Shown here in pieces: positions 28,964 through 38,701 of a DNA stretch of 64,000 bases. A program made the translations under genes and the position numbers. This DNA comes from Gammaproteobacteria bacterium. GTDB taxonomy: Bacteria; Pseudomonadota; Gammaproteobacteria; UBA4575. How positions within the stretch are numbered: the first letter of the stretch is position 1; every line of letters begins with the position of its first letter. The stretch covers positions 8,524-72,523 of the forward strand of contig CBDCTA010000005.1 of the NCBI GenBank assembly GCA_965221955.1, written 5' to 3'. Under the pieces are notes generated by a model. That model was not told where the DNA came from. It worked only from the letters and a program-made list of their open reading frames with translations, and did no database searches.

Positions 28964-29512
28964 ATGTATAAAAAATTTATTTTATTTATCAGCTGCATTT
29001 TGCTGGCATATGTTTGCAGTGTCGGAGCAGATATAGGCGAACTAAACGCAAGTGAAGATCAAGATTTTCAAGATTTAGATAATGATATACAAGATTTAAA
29101 AGAAGAAGTGCTTGAGCTTAATCGTGATCTTTATATCTTAGAAGAAGAGCTACTTTATCCATCCAGCACCCAAGTCGCAGTTTATGTTTCTGTAGATGTT
29201 GGTGATTTTTTTGATCTTGATTCTGTTCAAGTCATGTTAAATGAAAAAATAGTAGCAAATTATTTATATACGGAACGTGAAGTAGATGCTTTGTTACGCG
29301 GAGGTGTGCATCAAATTTATATCGGAAACTTACCCTCAGGTGAACATGAATTAGTTGCATATTTTGTTGGCCGTGGCCCTAAAGGTAGAGATTTCAAGCG
29401 TGGTGCGAATCGTATCATAGATAAAGGTTTGGGGGCTAAATATTTAGAGTTAAAAATTACCGACCGGACTCCAAAGCATCAGCCTGACTTTATTGTTAAA
29501 GAGTGGGAATAA
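28964..29512 (+). CDS. Conserved periplasmic coiled-coil protein of Glt-like clusters
   Basis: Signal peptide, LKEEVLELNRDLYILEEELLYP, YLYTEREVDALLRGGVHQIY; no HTH visible. Confidence 0.7.
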   Translation: MYKKFILFISCILLAYVCSVGADIGELNASEDQDFQDLDNDIQDLKEEVLELNRDLYILEEELLYPSSTQVAVYVSVDVGDFFDLDSVQVMLNEKIVANYLYTEREVDALLRGGVHQIYIGNLPSGEHELVAYFVGRGPKGRDFKRGANRIIDKGLGAKYLELKITDRTPKHQPDFIVKEWE

Positions 29513-31491
29513 AGAGATTAATGTTAGCCGCTAAATACACAACAGTGGTGAGCAAATTTAAAGCCAAGGCACACTTGGCTTTTTGCATTTCAGTGCTTTT
29601 ATTATATTCAGGCATATCGAGTGCGAAAATTGAAGAACCTAATATTATTAAAGACCTTCACTATGGTGAAGTTCTATTTCATTTTTATCAAGAAGATTAT
29701 TTTACTTCCATTGTTCATTTATTAGCAGCACGCGATTTAAATCGTACTTCTAATCATGTGCCTGAAGATGAATTATTGTTAGGTGGAATCGATTTATCTT
29801 ACGGTCTTCACAAAGAGTCTAAGCGCATTTTCAATAAGCTTTTAGCCGGCAATGTACGCGATACGATTAAGAACCGTGCTTATTATTATTTAGCTAAAAT
29901 TTACTATCAACGTGGTTATTTAGATGAATCTGCTGATTTTCTTAGTAATGTTAATGGTCCGGTGCAAGAAAGTATATTTGGTGAGTTAAAGCTGTTAACA
30001 GGCCAAGTATATATGTCGCAGGGCAATTACGATGCGGCGATTTCAAGTTTAGCTAAATGGAAAGCCCCAAAAGCTTATAAAAATTACGCAAATTATAATT
30101 TAGGCGTAGCGCATACTAAACGCGGTAATGTTGATACAGGTATTGATTACTTAAAAAAAGTTGGCAAGTTAAAAGCTAAAACTGAAACCATGCGAACACT
30201 GCGCGATCGTGCAAATCTTGCCTCAGGTTTAACACTCATTCAAAACGATCGTCCTGAAGATGCTATCAAATATTTAGAAAAAGTACGTCTAGAGGGTTTA
30301 TATTCAAACTTGGCGTTACTCGGTATTGGTTGGGCAAATAGCAATGCCAATAGACATAATTCTGCGTTAGCACCTTTGATGGAATTGCGTAACCGCAGTG
30401 CTTATCACTCAGAAGTGCAGGAAGGAATTTTAGCGCTTGCGCATGCTTACAATGAAATGGGACATCACGGTCGTGCCGTTCAAGCATATGAGAAAGCAGC
30501 AGATATTTATTTAACTGAAGCCCAAGAGCTTTCATATGCTGCAAATGAAATTGAACAGGGTGCGTTAGTGAATGCTTTGTTAGATCGCACTAAAGGCGGT
30601 GCACAGATGGGATGGTTCTGGACACTTCGTGATCTGCCCGATTTGCCTGAGGTGAAGTACTTTACAGAGCTATTAGCCGAACATGAATTTCATGAAGCAT
30701 TAAAAAATTTCCGTGATCTATTGTTCTTGAAGAAAAATCTAAAATATTGGGACGAAAATATAGATATTTATCTGACTATGTTAGATACACGTAAAGCACG
30801 TTATCAAAAATATTTACCTTTAGTGCAACAGCGTTTACATGAACTAGACCTAAGTAAATTACAGTCACAACAAGATACATTATCTTTTGTTTTGAATGAA
30901 ATTGAAAATGATAATGCATTTATCAAGCTAGCTACTGCAGAAGAAAAACGTAAGCTTTCTGAACTTGACGAGTTAGAAAAGCGTTTAGCGCTCTTAAAAG
31001 AGCAAGAACCTAATAACAATAAAATTGCGAAAATGAGTGAAAAGCTTGAGTTAATGCGTGGCATCATGCGTTGGCAAATTCATAGTGCATATATCGAGCG
31101 TAAGTGGAATCACAAGCAAGAGATTTCTGAAATTAATAAACATTTATCGATTACTCCTGGAAAAAGTAGCTCTATTAAAAAAGCGATTAGCGATAGTGTA
31201 GAAAAATTTGATGAATTTGAAGCACGGATACTAGCTTTACAAAAAGAAATTAAAAGAATTATTCCTATTGCAGATCGTGTTTTTATTGAGCAATCACGTT
31301 ATCTAGAGCATGTTGCTGTAAAAGAATTGAAAAAGCGTGAAAAAATACTCGCAGGTTATGAAAAGCATGCGCGTTATGAACTTGCATCTGCATATGATGC
31401 TGCAGCATCTTCAATTGTTCCTGGCGCAGAGTCAAACAACGTTGATGATGGCGAAGCTAAGAAGAGCAAAAAATGGTGGAAGTTTTGGTAA
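29503..31491 (+). CDS. TPR protein (GltC-like)
   Basis: DLHYGEVLFHFYQEDYF, multiple TPR helices, C-terminal coiled coil and KKWWKFW tail. Confidence 0.72.
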   Translation: MGIKRLMLAAKYTTVVSKFKAKAHLAFCISVLLLYSGISSAKIEEPNIIKDLHYGEVLFHFYQEDYFTSIVHLLAARDLNRTSNHVPEDELLLGGIDLSYGLHKESKRIFNKLLAGNVRDTIKNRAYYYLAKIYYQRGYLDESADFLSNVNGPVQESIFGELKLLTGQVYMSQGNYDAAISSLAKWKAPKAYKNYANYNLGVAHTKRGNVDTGIDYLKKVGKLKAKTETMRTLRDRANLASGLTLIQNDRPEDAIKYLEKVRLEGLYSNLALLGIGWANSNANRHNSALAPLMELRNRSAYHSEVQEGILALAHAYNEMGHHGRAVQAYEKAADIYLTEAQELSYAANEIEQGALVNALLDRTKGGAQMGWFWTLRDLPDLPEVKYFTELLAEHEFHEALKNFRDLLFLKKNLKYWDENIDIYLTMLDTRKARYQKYLPLVQQRLHELDLSKLQSQQDTLSFVLNEIENDNAFIKLATAEEKRKLSELDELEKRLALLKEQEPNNNKIAKMSEKLELMRGIMRWQIHSAYIERKWNHKQEISEINKHLSITPGKSSSIKKAISDSVEKFDEFEARILALQKEIKRIIPIADRVFIEQSRYLEHVAVKELKKREKILAGYEKHARYELASAYDAAASSIVPGAESNNVDDGEAKKSKKWWKFW

Positions 31492-34289
31492 AACTTACAC
31501 ATAAAGTTATTGTAATAATGGCGATTGCAGCCATTGTGGTTTCGTGTGGAAGCTTTGGTAAAAACCGCGGTGAAACAATAGGCAGTGTCAGTAAAAAACG
31601 CGTTAAGGTAAAAGAAGACTTACCCGTTCAAAGTAGTCGTAGCAAAGCGATTAGTCAATACAGAAAGCTGGTTAATGAAGATCCTGATAACGTGCACCCA
31701 GAGGTGCTGCGTAGGTTAGGGGATTTGCGCATGGAAGAGACAGAGGACCATCTTGCGGAAAAAGTTCAAGTGCCAGATAAGCATACTTATGCTGAAACCA
31801 TCAAACATTATGAAGATATTTTAGCTAAGCATGCAAACTACAAAGGCCGGGATCGTGTGTTATATCAAATTTCACGTGCCTATGAGCTCAGTGGTGAACA
31901 CGAAAAAGCACTGAAAGCGCTAGATCAATTGGTTTATGAATATCCTGATTCCCCTTATTTTGCAGAAACGCAGTTTAGGCGTGCAGAAATCTTATTTGTA
32001 GAAAAGCAATATTCTCAAGCCGAGAATGCCTATGAGTCTGTAATTCGACAAGGACCGGAAGGTCGTTTTTATATTCATTCTTTATACAAGCATGGTTGGT
32101 CGCATTTCAAACAAGTCGATTATGACTATGGTCTTCCATCATTTAACACTGTACTAGATAACTTGTTAGTTAATGGCGTGGAAGCAGAGCAAATTGCACA
32201 ACTTTCACAGCCTGATCAGGAATTGCTAGACGACACACTTCGTGCAATTAGCCTAAGTTTTGCTTACCTAGGTGGGCCAGATGAAGTGTCTAATTTTTTT
32301 GCAGACTCAGGCAGAAAGCCACATGAAATATTAGTTTATGAAAGATTGGGTAAACAATATTTAGAAAAACGACGTTGGAGTGATGCTGCAAATACCTACA
32401 GACAGTTTGTTGAGACACATCGCTTTAGTCCTCAAGCACCTCATTTTCAAATTAAATCGATTGAAGCTTACAAGAAAGGGAAGTTCCCATCTGAAGTGTT
32501 GCGTGCCAAGAAAGAGTTTGTGGTCGATTACAATTTAAAATCTGAATACTGGGCGCATAACGATATTTCACAATCAGATGATATTGTTTCATTGCTTAAG
32601 TCAACGATCACTGATTTAGCTAAACACTATCACTCAGTAGCACAAAAAGAACGTAAACAACCAAAAGAATTCTACGATGAAGCTGCTACATGGTATACCG
32701 CTTACTTAGAATCATTCCCACAAGATGAAAAAGCTCCTGAGATGAATTTTTATCTTGCGGAAGTGCGATATGAAACTAAACAATATGCAGGTGCTGTACA
32801 GGCTTATGAAAAAACAGCATATGGATACAAGAAGCATCCAAAGTCAGCTGAAGCGGGTTATGCAGCAATCATTGCTTACAACGAATGGCTGAAAGTAGAA
32901 AAACAAGCTGCACAGCAATCAGCAATTAAAAATCAATTAATCGATAGTTCATTTAGGTTTAACGAAAATCATCCTGAGCATCCTGAAGTGGCTAAGGTGA
33001 TGACGGTTACTGCAGAAGAACTTTATGCACGCAAAGATTTTAATCGTGCTACAAAAGCGTCAGATATTATTATCAATGATCATCCGAGCGCAGATAAAAA
33101 ATTGATGTTGTCCGCGTGGACAGTGAAAGCGAATTCAGCATTCGACACAGCACAATACGCAGATTCAGAAAAAGCTTATGTGGAAGCTTTACGAAGAGTA
33201 GAAGCCAATAAAAAACTACGCGACCCATTAAAAGATCGGCTTGCAGCATCTGTATATAAACAGGGTGAAGCGAGTAAAAAAGAAGGCGATTTAGAGGCTG
33301 CGGTTTCTCACTATTTAAGAGTAGGGCAAGTTGTTCCTGATGCCGAGATACGTGCGACGGCGCATTATGATGCTTCCGCAGCGTTATTAGAACTTGAAGA
33401 TTGGGGGCGTGCGTCAAGAACATTGGAGGATTTTCGAGCGCGTTTTCCTAAACACGAACTACAGGGTGATGTAACTAAAAAGTTAGCCGTTTCTTATGAC
33501 AAAGGCGGACAGCATCTTAAAGCCGCAAAAGAATACGAAGCGATTGGTGCAAGTTCTAACGATCCCCGTCTAAAACGCGAAGCACGCTTACAAGCGGCAG
33601 ACCTATATGGCAAAGGTGGAGATTTTTATGGCGCTGAAAAAAGTTTGCTTGCCTATATTGAAGAAAATCCAAGACCTGTTGAACCTGCTATGGAGGCCAT
33701 GCATAAACTTGTCGTTATGTATACCGAGCGAAAATACATTGATGACAAACTTAATTGGCAACGCAAAATCATAGAAGCAGACGCACGTGCAGGTGCTGAA
33801 CGCAGCAGTCGTACTAAATTTTTAGCTGCTACTGCATCATTAGATTTTGCAAAAATAGAATATGACGCATATAGCCAAATCTTTTTGATTCATCCGTTAG
33901 AGAAAAATTTAAAACGTAAGAAAAAGCAAATGCAAGTAGCACTAGATGCTTATGAAGCAGCTAGTAATTATAAAGTTGCGCAAGTCACAACAGCCGCTAC
34001 ATATTGGACGGGGAAAATTTACCAAGATTTTGCGGTGGCAATGATGGAGTCTGACCGGCCAGGCAAGCTTTCAGGTGAAGAGCTTGCTCAATATGAAATT
34101 TTATTAGAAGAACAGGCTTACCCATTTGAAGAACAAGCGATTGAGGTGCACGAATTAAATGCTTCACGTATTTCTGACAACGTCTATGACGAATGGGTAA
34201 AAAAGAGTATGACTGAGCTAGCTAAGCTTGCGCCAGCACAATATGTAAAAGCTGAAAGGAGTGAAGACCTTGTTCAGAACATCTACTAA
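31473..34289 (+). CDS. Large TPR lipoprotein (GltD/AgmU-like)
   Basis: Lipobox VVSC; many TPRs (YKHGWSHFK, FYLAEVRYE); C-terminal YEILLEEQAYPFEEQAIEVH. Confidence 0.75.
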   Translation: MVEVLVKLTHKVIVIMAIAAIVVSCGSFGKNRGETIGSVSKKRVKVKEDLPVQSSRSKAISQYRKLVNEDPDNVHPEVLRRLGDLRMEETEDHLAEKVQVPDKHTYAETIKHYEDILAKHANYKGRDRVLYQISRAYELSGEHEKALKALDQLVYEYPDSPYFAETQFRRAEILFVEKQYSQAENAYESVIRQGPEGRFYIHSLYKHGWSHFKQVDYDYGLPSFNTVLDNLLVNGVEAEQIAQLSQPDQELLDDTLRAISLSFAYLGGPDEVSNFFADSGRKPHEILVYERLGKQYLEKRRWSDAANTYRQFVETHRFSPQAPHFQIKSIEAYKKGKFPSEVLRAKKEFVVDYNLKSEYWAHNDISQSDDIVSLLKSTITDLAKHYHSVAQKERKQPKEFYDEAATWYTAYLESFPQDEKAPEMNFYLAEVRYETKQYAGAVQAYEKTAYGYKKHPKSAEAGYAAIIAYNEWLKVEKQAAQQSAIKNQLIDSSFRFNENHPEHPEVAKVMTVTAEELYARKDFNRATKASDIIINDHPSADKKLMLSAWTVKANSAFDTAQYADSEKAYVEALRRVEANKKLRDPLKDRLAASVYKQGEASKKEGDLEAAVSHYLRVGQVVPDAEIRATAHYDASAALLELEDWGRASRTLEDFRARFPKHELQGDVTKKLAVSYDKGGQHLKAAKEYEAIGASSNDPRLKREARLQAADLYGKGGDFYGAEKSLLAYIEENPRPVEPAMEAMHKLVVMYTERKYIDDKLNWQRKIIEADARAGAERSSRTKFLAATASLDFAKIEYDAYSQIFLIHPLEKNLKRKKKQMQVALDAYEAASNYKVAQVTTAATYWTGKIYQDFAVAMMESDRPGKLSGEELAQYEILLEEQAYPFEEQAIEVHELNASRISDNVYDEWVKKSMTELAKLAPAQYVKAERSEDLVQNIY

Positions 34290-34917
34290 ATTATTGTTCG
34301 CGAATATTATTTTGGTTTTAAGCATTACGCTATTAACCAGTTGTGCAAATATGCCAAGTCTTAAAAAGCCAGCATCAAGTTCTAAAAGTGCAGAAAAAAC
34401 TGAAAAATCTACAGATAAAATTTTAGCGCAACCAAATTTTAGAATCAGTAAAAAAACAGCAGCTGCTTACAATGATGCATTAAAACATATGCGTGCCAAA
34501 AATTACGATACAGCAATTTTGGAAATGCAAAAAGTTGCCAAGATGGACCAACGCATTTCAGGGCCTTGGGTAAATATGGGGGTGGCTTATAAAGAACTGG
34601 GTAATGCAAAAAATGCAAAAATTGCATTTGAAAAGGCAATAATTATTAATCCTAATAATCCTTATGCCTTGAATCAGTTGGCCATTTTAAAGCGCGAAGA
34701 TGGCAAGTTTGATGAAGCAGAGAAATTGTATAAGAAAGCATTGGCCGCATATCCGGATTATAAAAACGCTCATCTGAATCTAGCTATTTTGTGTGATGTT
34801 TATTTAAGGAAAATAGGCTGCGCGTTGGACCATTATCAAAAATATTTGAATCTGTCCGGTGGCCAGGATAAGCAAGTAATTGCTTGGATGTCGCAGTTAA
34901 AAAAGCAAGGTAGCTGA
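34261..34917 (+). CDS. TPR lipoprotein (GltE/AglT-like)
   Basis: Lipobox LTSC; TPRs, AHLNLAILCDVYL. Confidence 0.75.
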   Translation: MKTLFRTSTKLLFANIILVLSITLLTSCANMPSLKKPASSSKSAEKTEKSTDKILAQPNFRISKKTAAAYNDALKHMRAKNYDTAILEMQKVAKMDQRISGPWVNMGVAYKELGNAKNAKIAFEKAIIINPNNPYALNQLAILKREDGKFDEAEKLYKKALAAYPDYKNAHLNLAILCDVYLRKIGCALDHYQKYLNLSGGQDKQVIAWMSQLKKQGS

Positions 34918-34922
34918 GTCAA

Positions 34923-35207
34923 ATGAAAACAATATCAATACTTATCAGCATGCTTTTGCTCTGTTGCATAGCATCAGCCGAGGACTCTCCTCGTGTACAG
35001 AAGGCTGGACCTACACAAGAGTTACAAGGGATAGATGTTATTGGTAACCGTGAGTTACCTAAAGCATTGGTTATCGTGCCGTGGAAAGCTCCAGAACCAG
35101 GTGAGCTCGATGGTTCGCCTTTGCAAAGTTTAATAGATGAAGTGCTAGGCCCTGTAGATAAGGATGTGCACAAAAGAAAAGTGAGTTATTACGAACAATA
35201 TTATTAA
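34923..35207 (+). CDS. Small exported protein (GltF-like)
   Basis: Signal peptide; IDVIGNRELPKALVIVPW; position between the TPR gene and the motor genes. Confidence 0.62.
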   Translation: MKTISILISMLLLCCIASAEDSPRVQKAGPTQELQGIDVIGNRELPKALVIVPWKAPEPGELDGSPLQSLIDEVLGPVDKDVHKRKVSYYEQYY

Positions 35208-35218
35208 TGGTTTTTTAT

Positions 35219-35245
35219 TCCAGTTATGAAGCTGGATTTTTATTT
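35219..35245 (+). terminator. Possible intra-operon hairpin/terminator
   Basis: TCCAGTT-atga-AGCTGGA followed by TTTTTATTT. Confidence 0.35.
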
Positions 35246-35271
35246 AAGCGTTAAACGCTAAGGAGCAAAAA

Positions 35272-36012
35272 ATGGAAGACAACGGGTCAGAAATCATCAC
35301 TACAGATGGTTCAGAGACTGTAATGATGGATGGAGCAGAAATGCTTGTTACTCCAGAAGTACATGATCCGAGCCTATATGAAACTGTAGTTTCATTTTTC
35401 CAATCGGGTGGACCATTCATGATCCCGATTGCAATTATTCTTGCAATTGGTATTGCGATTGCAGTTGAAAGATATCTTTATCTTTCTGCGTCTCGCACAC
35501 GTAATCAACTTGCTTGGGGCAAGTTACAGTCTGCCTTACAAAGTGGAAATTTATCCCAAGCAATGGGTTTTGCAGAAAAATCCAAAGCCGCAGTAAGTCG
35601 CATTATTCATTATGGGTTTCTACGTGCAAAAACATCACGTCGCCGTGATGATGTTGAAATTGCAATGGAAGAAGGTTTAATGGAAGTGTTACCTAAACTT
35701 GAAAAGCGCACACACTACCTTGCAACTTTTGCAAATATTGCAACATTACTTGGATTGCTTGGAACCATTATTGGTTTGATTGGTGCCTTCACATCCATTG
35801 CTGAAGCGAATCCTGCAGATAAAGCCGATATTTTATCTGCAAATATATCAGTAGCGATGAACACTACAGCGTTTGGTTTGATGGTCGGTATTCCTCTTTT
35901 ACTTATCCATGCATGGCTATCTACTAAGACTACTGAAATTGTAGACAGTCTTGAAATGGCATCTGTGAAGGTTCTTAACTTTGTAACAGATAATAAACCC
36001 GCTGCTGCGTAA
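35272..36012 (+). CDS. MotA/TolQ/ExbB proton channel (AglR-like)
   Basis: GGPFMIPI, ATLLGLLGTIIGLIGAF, ISVAMNTTAFGLMVGIP. Confidence 0.9.
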   Translation: MEDNGSEIITTDGSETVMMDGAEMLVTPEVHDPSLYETVVSFFQSGGPFMIPIAIILAIGIAIAVERYLYLSASRTRNQLAWGKLQSALQSGNLSQAMGFAEKSKAAVSRIIHYGFLRAKTSRRRDDVEIAMEEGLMEVLPKLEKRTHYLATFANIATLLGLLGTIIGLIGAFTSIAEANPADKADILSANISVAMNTTAFGLMVGIPLLLIHAWLSTKTTEIVDSLEMASVKVLNFVTDNKPAAA

Positions 36013-36045
36013 TACTTGTAAGTAATAAACTAAAGGTAAACCAGA

Positions 36046-36546
36046 ATGCGTAATAAGAGACGTTGGAAAAAACGCTTTCAGAAAAATGAAGCGGAACTAA
36101 GTGTTACGCCATTTATGAATTTGATGGTAATCCTGGTTCCTTTCCTACTCATCATGTTGGTCTTCGCCAAGATTACAGTCTTGGAATTACACCTTCCTGC
36201 TGCATCAAACGAAGCGAAACCGAACGAACGCGAATTGGTTTTAGAAATCATCGTTAAAGAAGATTATCTAATTGTTCAAGATAAAAATGGTAGTTTTCAA
36301 AGATACAGGATTGATAAGAAAGAAGAAGCCTATGATGTTGAGTTACTTTCGCTCACGCTTCAATCTCTCAAGAACAAACATCCTGAAAACGTTGCAGCAT
36401 CCATTCTGCTAGAGCCAGACATTGGTTATGAAAGCTTGGTTTTGGTTATGGATGCGGTGCGTGCGATCGATATAGAAGATGATCTAGGTAATTTTACACG
36501 TGCTGAACTTTTTCCAGAAATATCATTAGGTGATGCTCCTGCCTAA
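36046..36546 (+). CDS. ExbD/TolR family protein 1 (AglQ-like; TM Asp replaced by Asn)
   Basis: SVTPFMNLMVILVPFLL TM; IGYESLVLVMDAVR; LFPEISL. Confidence 0.85.
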   Translation: MRNKRRWKKRFQKNEAELSVTPFMNLMVILVPFLLIMLVFAKITVLELHLPAASNEAKPNERELVLEIIVKEDYLIVQDKNGSFQRYRIDKKEEAYDVELLSLTLQSLKNKHPENVAASILLEPDIGYESLVLVMDAVRAIDIEDDLGNFTRAELFPEISLGDAPA

Positions 36547-36586
36547 GATAAGTATGAGTTAAGTTTAAGGAAATAGGTAATAAAGA

Positions 36587-37099
36587 GTGAACGATCGAAG
36601 AGTAAAACGTATGGAACGTCAACATGGGCGAAATAAACAACCGCCTTTTAATGTTGTTTCATTAATGGACATTTTTACCATCTTGGTATTCTTCTTATTG
36701 GTGAATACCAATGAGATTACCCCATTGCCTAATCCTAAAGGAATTGAAATGCCAGAGTCGATTTCTGAGGTAACTCCTCAGGAATCAGTAGTTGTAATGC
36801 TGAGTAAAGAAGCAGTACGACTTCAAGGCGAAGATGTCATTACGATAGAAGAGGTGATGAAAGAAGATTCTATTGAGGTTTCTTTATTTGTAGAGAAATT
36901 AAAGCAACTTGCGAATGAAGTTGAGCCAGTATCTGAAGAAGATCCAGAACGGGAAGTTACTATTATGGGTGATAAAGAAGTACCTTATAAAGTGCTCGAC
37001 CGCATAATGCGTTTATGTGCAAGTTATGCTGGATTTTCAAAAATTTCGTTATCTGTAATACAAAAAGAAACGCAACTAGAGTCCCATATAGAGTCGTAA
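36587..37099 (+). CDS. ExbD/TolR family protein 2 (AglS-like)
   Basis: NVVSLMDIFTILVFFLL TM; IMGDKEVPYKVLDRIM. Confidence 0.87.
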   Translation: MNDRRVKRMERQHGRNKQPPFNVVSLMDIFTILVFFLLVNTNEITPLPNPKGIEMPESISEVTPQESVVVMLSKEAVRLQGEDVITIEEVMKEDSIEVSLFVEKLKQLANEVEPVSEEDPEREVTIMGDKEVPYKVLDRIMRLCASYAGFSKISLSVIQKETQLESHIES

Positions 37100-37101
37100 G
37101 C

Positions 37102-38082
37102 ATGGCTGCAGTAATAAATAATTCATATTTCCCACACGATTTACCCTGGACAATAAATCCAGAACAACAGGCTCGTTTTAATAAATTATTACGTTGGTCG
37201 GTTGCGGCAATAATATTCTTGGCATTTTTATTTTCATTTTTGCCATTGCCAGAACTTGAAGAGCCCGAAAAACAAGAACCAGAACGTTTAGTAAAATTAA
37301 TTCCTAAGGTGGAAGTGCCTCCGCCACCACCGCCTAAAATAGTACCGGTAGAAACAAAGGTTAAACCGAAACCAAAACCAAAGGTTAAACCGAAACCACA
37401 ACCAAAAAAAGAACCGATTAAAACGGCTGCTAAACCTAAGAAAGCACCGATCCCACAGAAATCTGCTAAAGAAGTTGCTGCAAGCTCAGGTTTGTTAGCT
37501 ATGAAAGATGATTTATCAGATATTAAAAAGAGTTCATCATCTGCAGCATTAGGAGAACGATCGCTTAATACTAGTGGTACAACTGGACAAACAACGAAAC
37601 GCTCACTTGTAACGAAGAACTATGGCAAAGCTAGCGGTGGAATCAACACGGCTAGTTTAAGTACAAACACCGGAGGCAATGGTCTTGGTGGGCGCGCAGC
37701 AGGTTCTATTGGTGGTTCCGGTATTGGTGGGGGAGGAACAGGTTCGGGTAGTGGAGATGGTTCCGGTAATGGCGATGGGAGTGGTTATGGTAAAACGCGT
37801 GATTTAGAAAAAATTCAAATCATGTTTGATCGCAATAAGAGCGGATTATTTACACTTTATAATCGTGAGTTGCGCAAAGATGCATCTTTACAAGGTAAGG
37901 TTGTGCTTAACATTACGATTGCACCATCGGGTAAAGTTACCAGCGCAAGCATAGTTTCCAGCCAATTAGGAAACTCACAACTTGAAGGTAAAATTCTTCA
38001 ACGTGTGAAACTAATTAACTTTGGAGCAGAAGATGTTCCACCGTTCAATTTCAATTACCCTATTGATTTCTATCCTACTTAA
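37102..38082 (+). CDS. TonB-like energy transducer with AgmX/PglI (GltG/GltJ)-type C-terminal domain
   Basis: Single TM, Pro/Lys repeats (KVKPKPKPKVKPKPQPK), Gly-rich linker, LYNRELRKDASLQGKVVLNITIAPSGKV. Confidence 0.82.
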   Translation: MAAVINNSYFPHDLPWTINPEQQARFNKLLRWSVAAIIFLAFLFSFLPLPELEEPEKQEPERLVKLIPKVEVPPPPPPKIVPVETKVKPKPKPKVKPKPQPKKEPIKTAAKPKKAPIPQKSAKEVAASSGLLAMKDDLSDIKKSSSSAALGERSLNTSGTTGQTTKRSLVTKNYGKASGGINTASLSTNTGGNGLGGRAAGSIGGSGIGGGGTGSGSGDGSGNGDGSGYGKTRDLEKIQIMFDRNKSGLFTLYNRELRKDASLQGKVVLNITIAPSGKVTSASIVSSQLGNSQLEGKILQRVKLINFGAEDVPPFNFNYPIDFYPT

Positions 38083-38701
38083 ACAAGCACTGCCTTCGTT
38101 ATTACTGTTGGTTTTGCTTGTTTCTGTTAACGCTACTCAACCCAATTGGGTGTTAAGCGGCACATTCTTAAATGCGGATAATACGCATGCCATGTTTGTT
38201 GACGAAAATGGAGATGAATTATTACTAGAGCTTGGTGATGATATCCAAGGCTGTGATCTTGTGGATGTACTACAAGGCTCTGCAAGAATTCAATGCAGTG
38301 GTAAAGAATATGTTTTAGAACTTCGCAATAGCGTTGGCGATGTTCTTCTACAAGCTGAATATGAACAATCATTGGCACAAACAAAAACCGTCGTATTGTC
38401 CAAAGAAGAAGTAGCCGATTATATAAAAGAGAAACAACGCTTGGTTTCAGAGATTGGCTTTTTGCCATTAGTAGAGGGTCAAGAAGTCGTCGGGTTTACC
38501 TTATCTAAGATTGAGCCTGATACCAAAGCTGCTATGTTAGGGCTAAATAATGGTGACATCATCAAAGCAGTAAATGGCGTTCATGCTTCAGAGTCAGAGC
38601 AGTTTATACAAACGGTAGAAGGGTTATCGGATGCGCCAGAAGTGACGGTAGAAGTGGATCGTGATGGTCAGTTAATGGCTTATACTTATATATTAGAGTA
38701 G
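38033..38701 (+). CDS. GspC-like PDZ-domain protein
   Basis: TM, LSGTF...AMF HR-like segment, C-terminal GFTL..IEPD...LGLNNGDIIKAVNG PDZ; start uncertain, overlaps upstream gene. Confidence 0.6.
   Translation: MFHRSISITLLISILLKQALPSLLLLVLLVSVNATQPNWVLSGTFLNADNTHAMFVDENGDELLLELGDDIQGCDLVDVLQGSARIQCSGKEYVLELRNSVGDVLLQAEYEQSLAQTKTVVLSKEEVADYIKEKQRLVSEIGFLPLVEGQEVVGFTLSKIEPDTKAAMLGLNNGDIIKAVNGVHASESEQFIQTVEGLSDAPEVTVEVDRDGQLMAYTYILE

Noticed and set aside
28964-29512. AraC-family regulator (a label I recall for similar proteins)
   Set aside because: It has a signal peptide and no HTH motif
37320-37790. Short tandem DNA repeats as a VNTR or phase-variation tract
   Set aside because: Explained by Pro-Lys and Gly-Ser linker coding in a TonB-like protein
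35272-38082. Canonical Tol-Pal or ExbBD-TonB iron uptake operon
   Set aside because: No tolB/pal/ybgC or TonB-dependent receptor; two ExbD paralogs and the TPR context fit the Agl/Glt type
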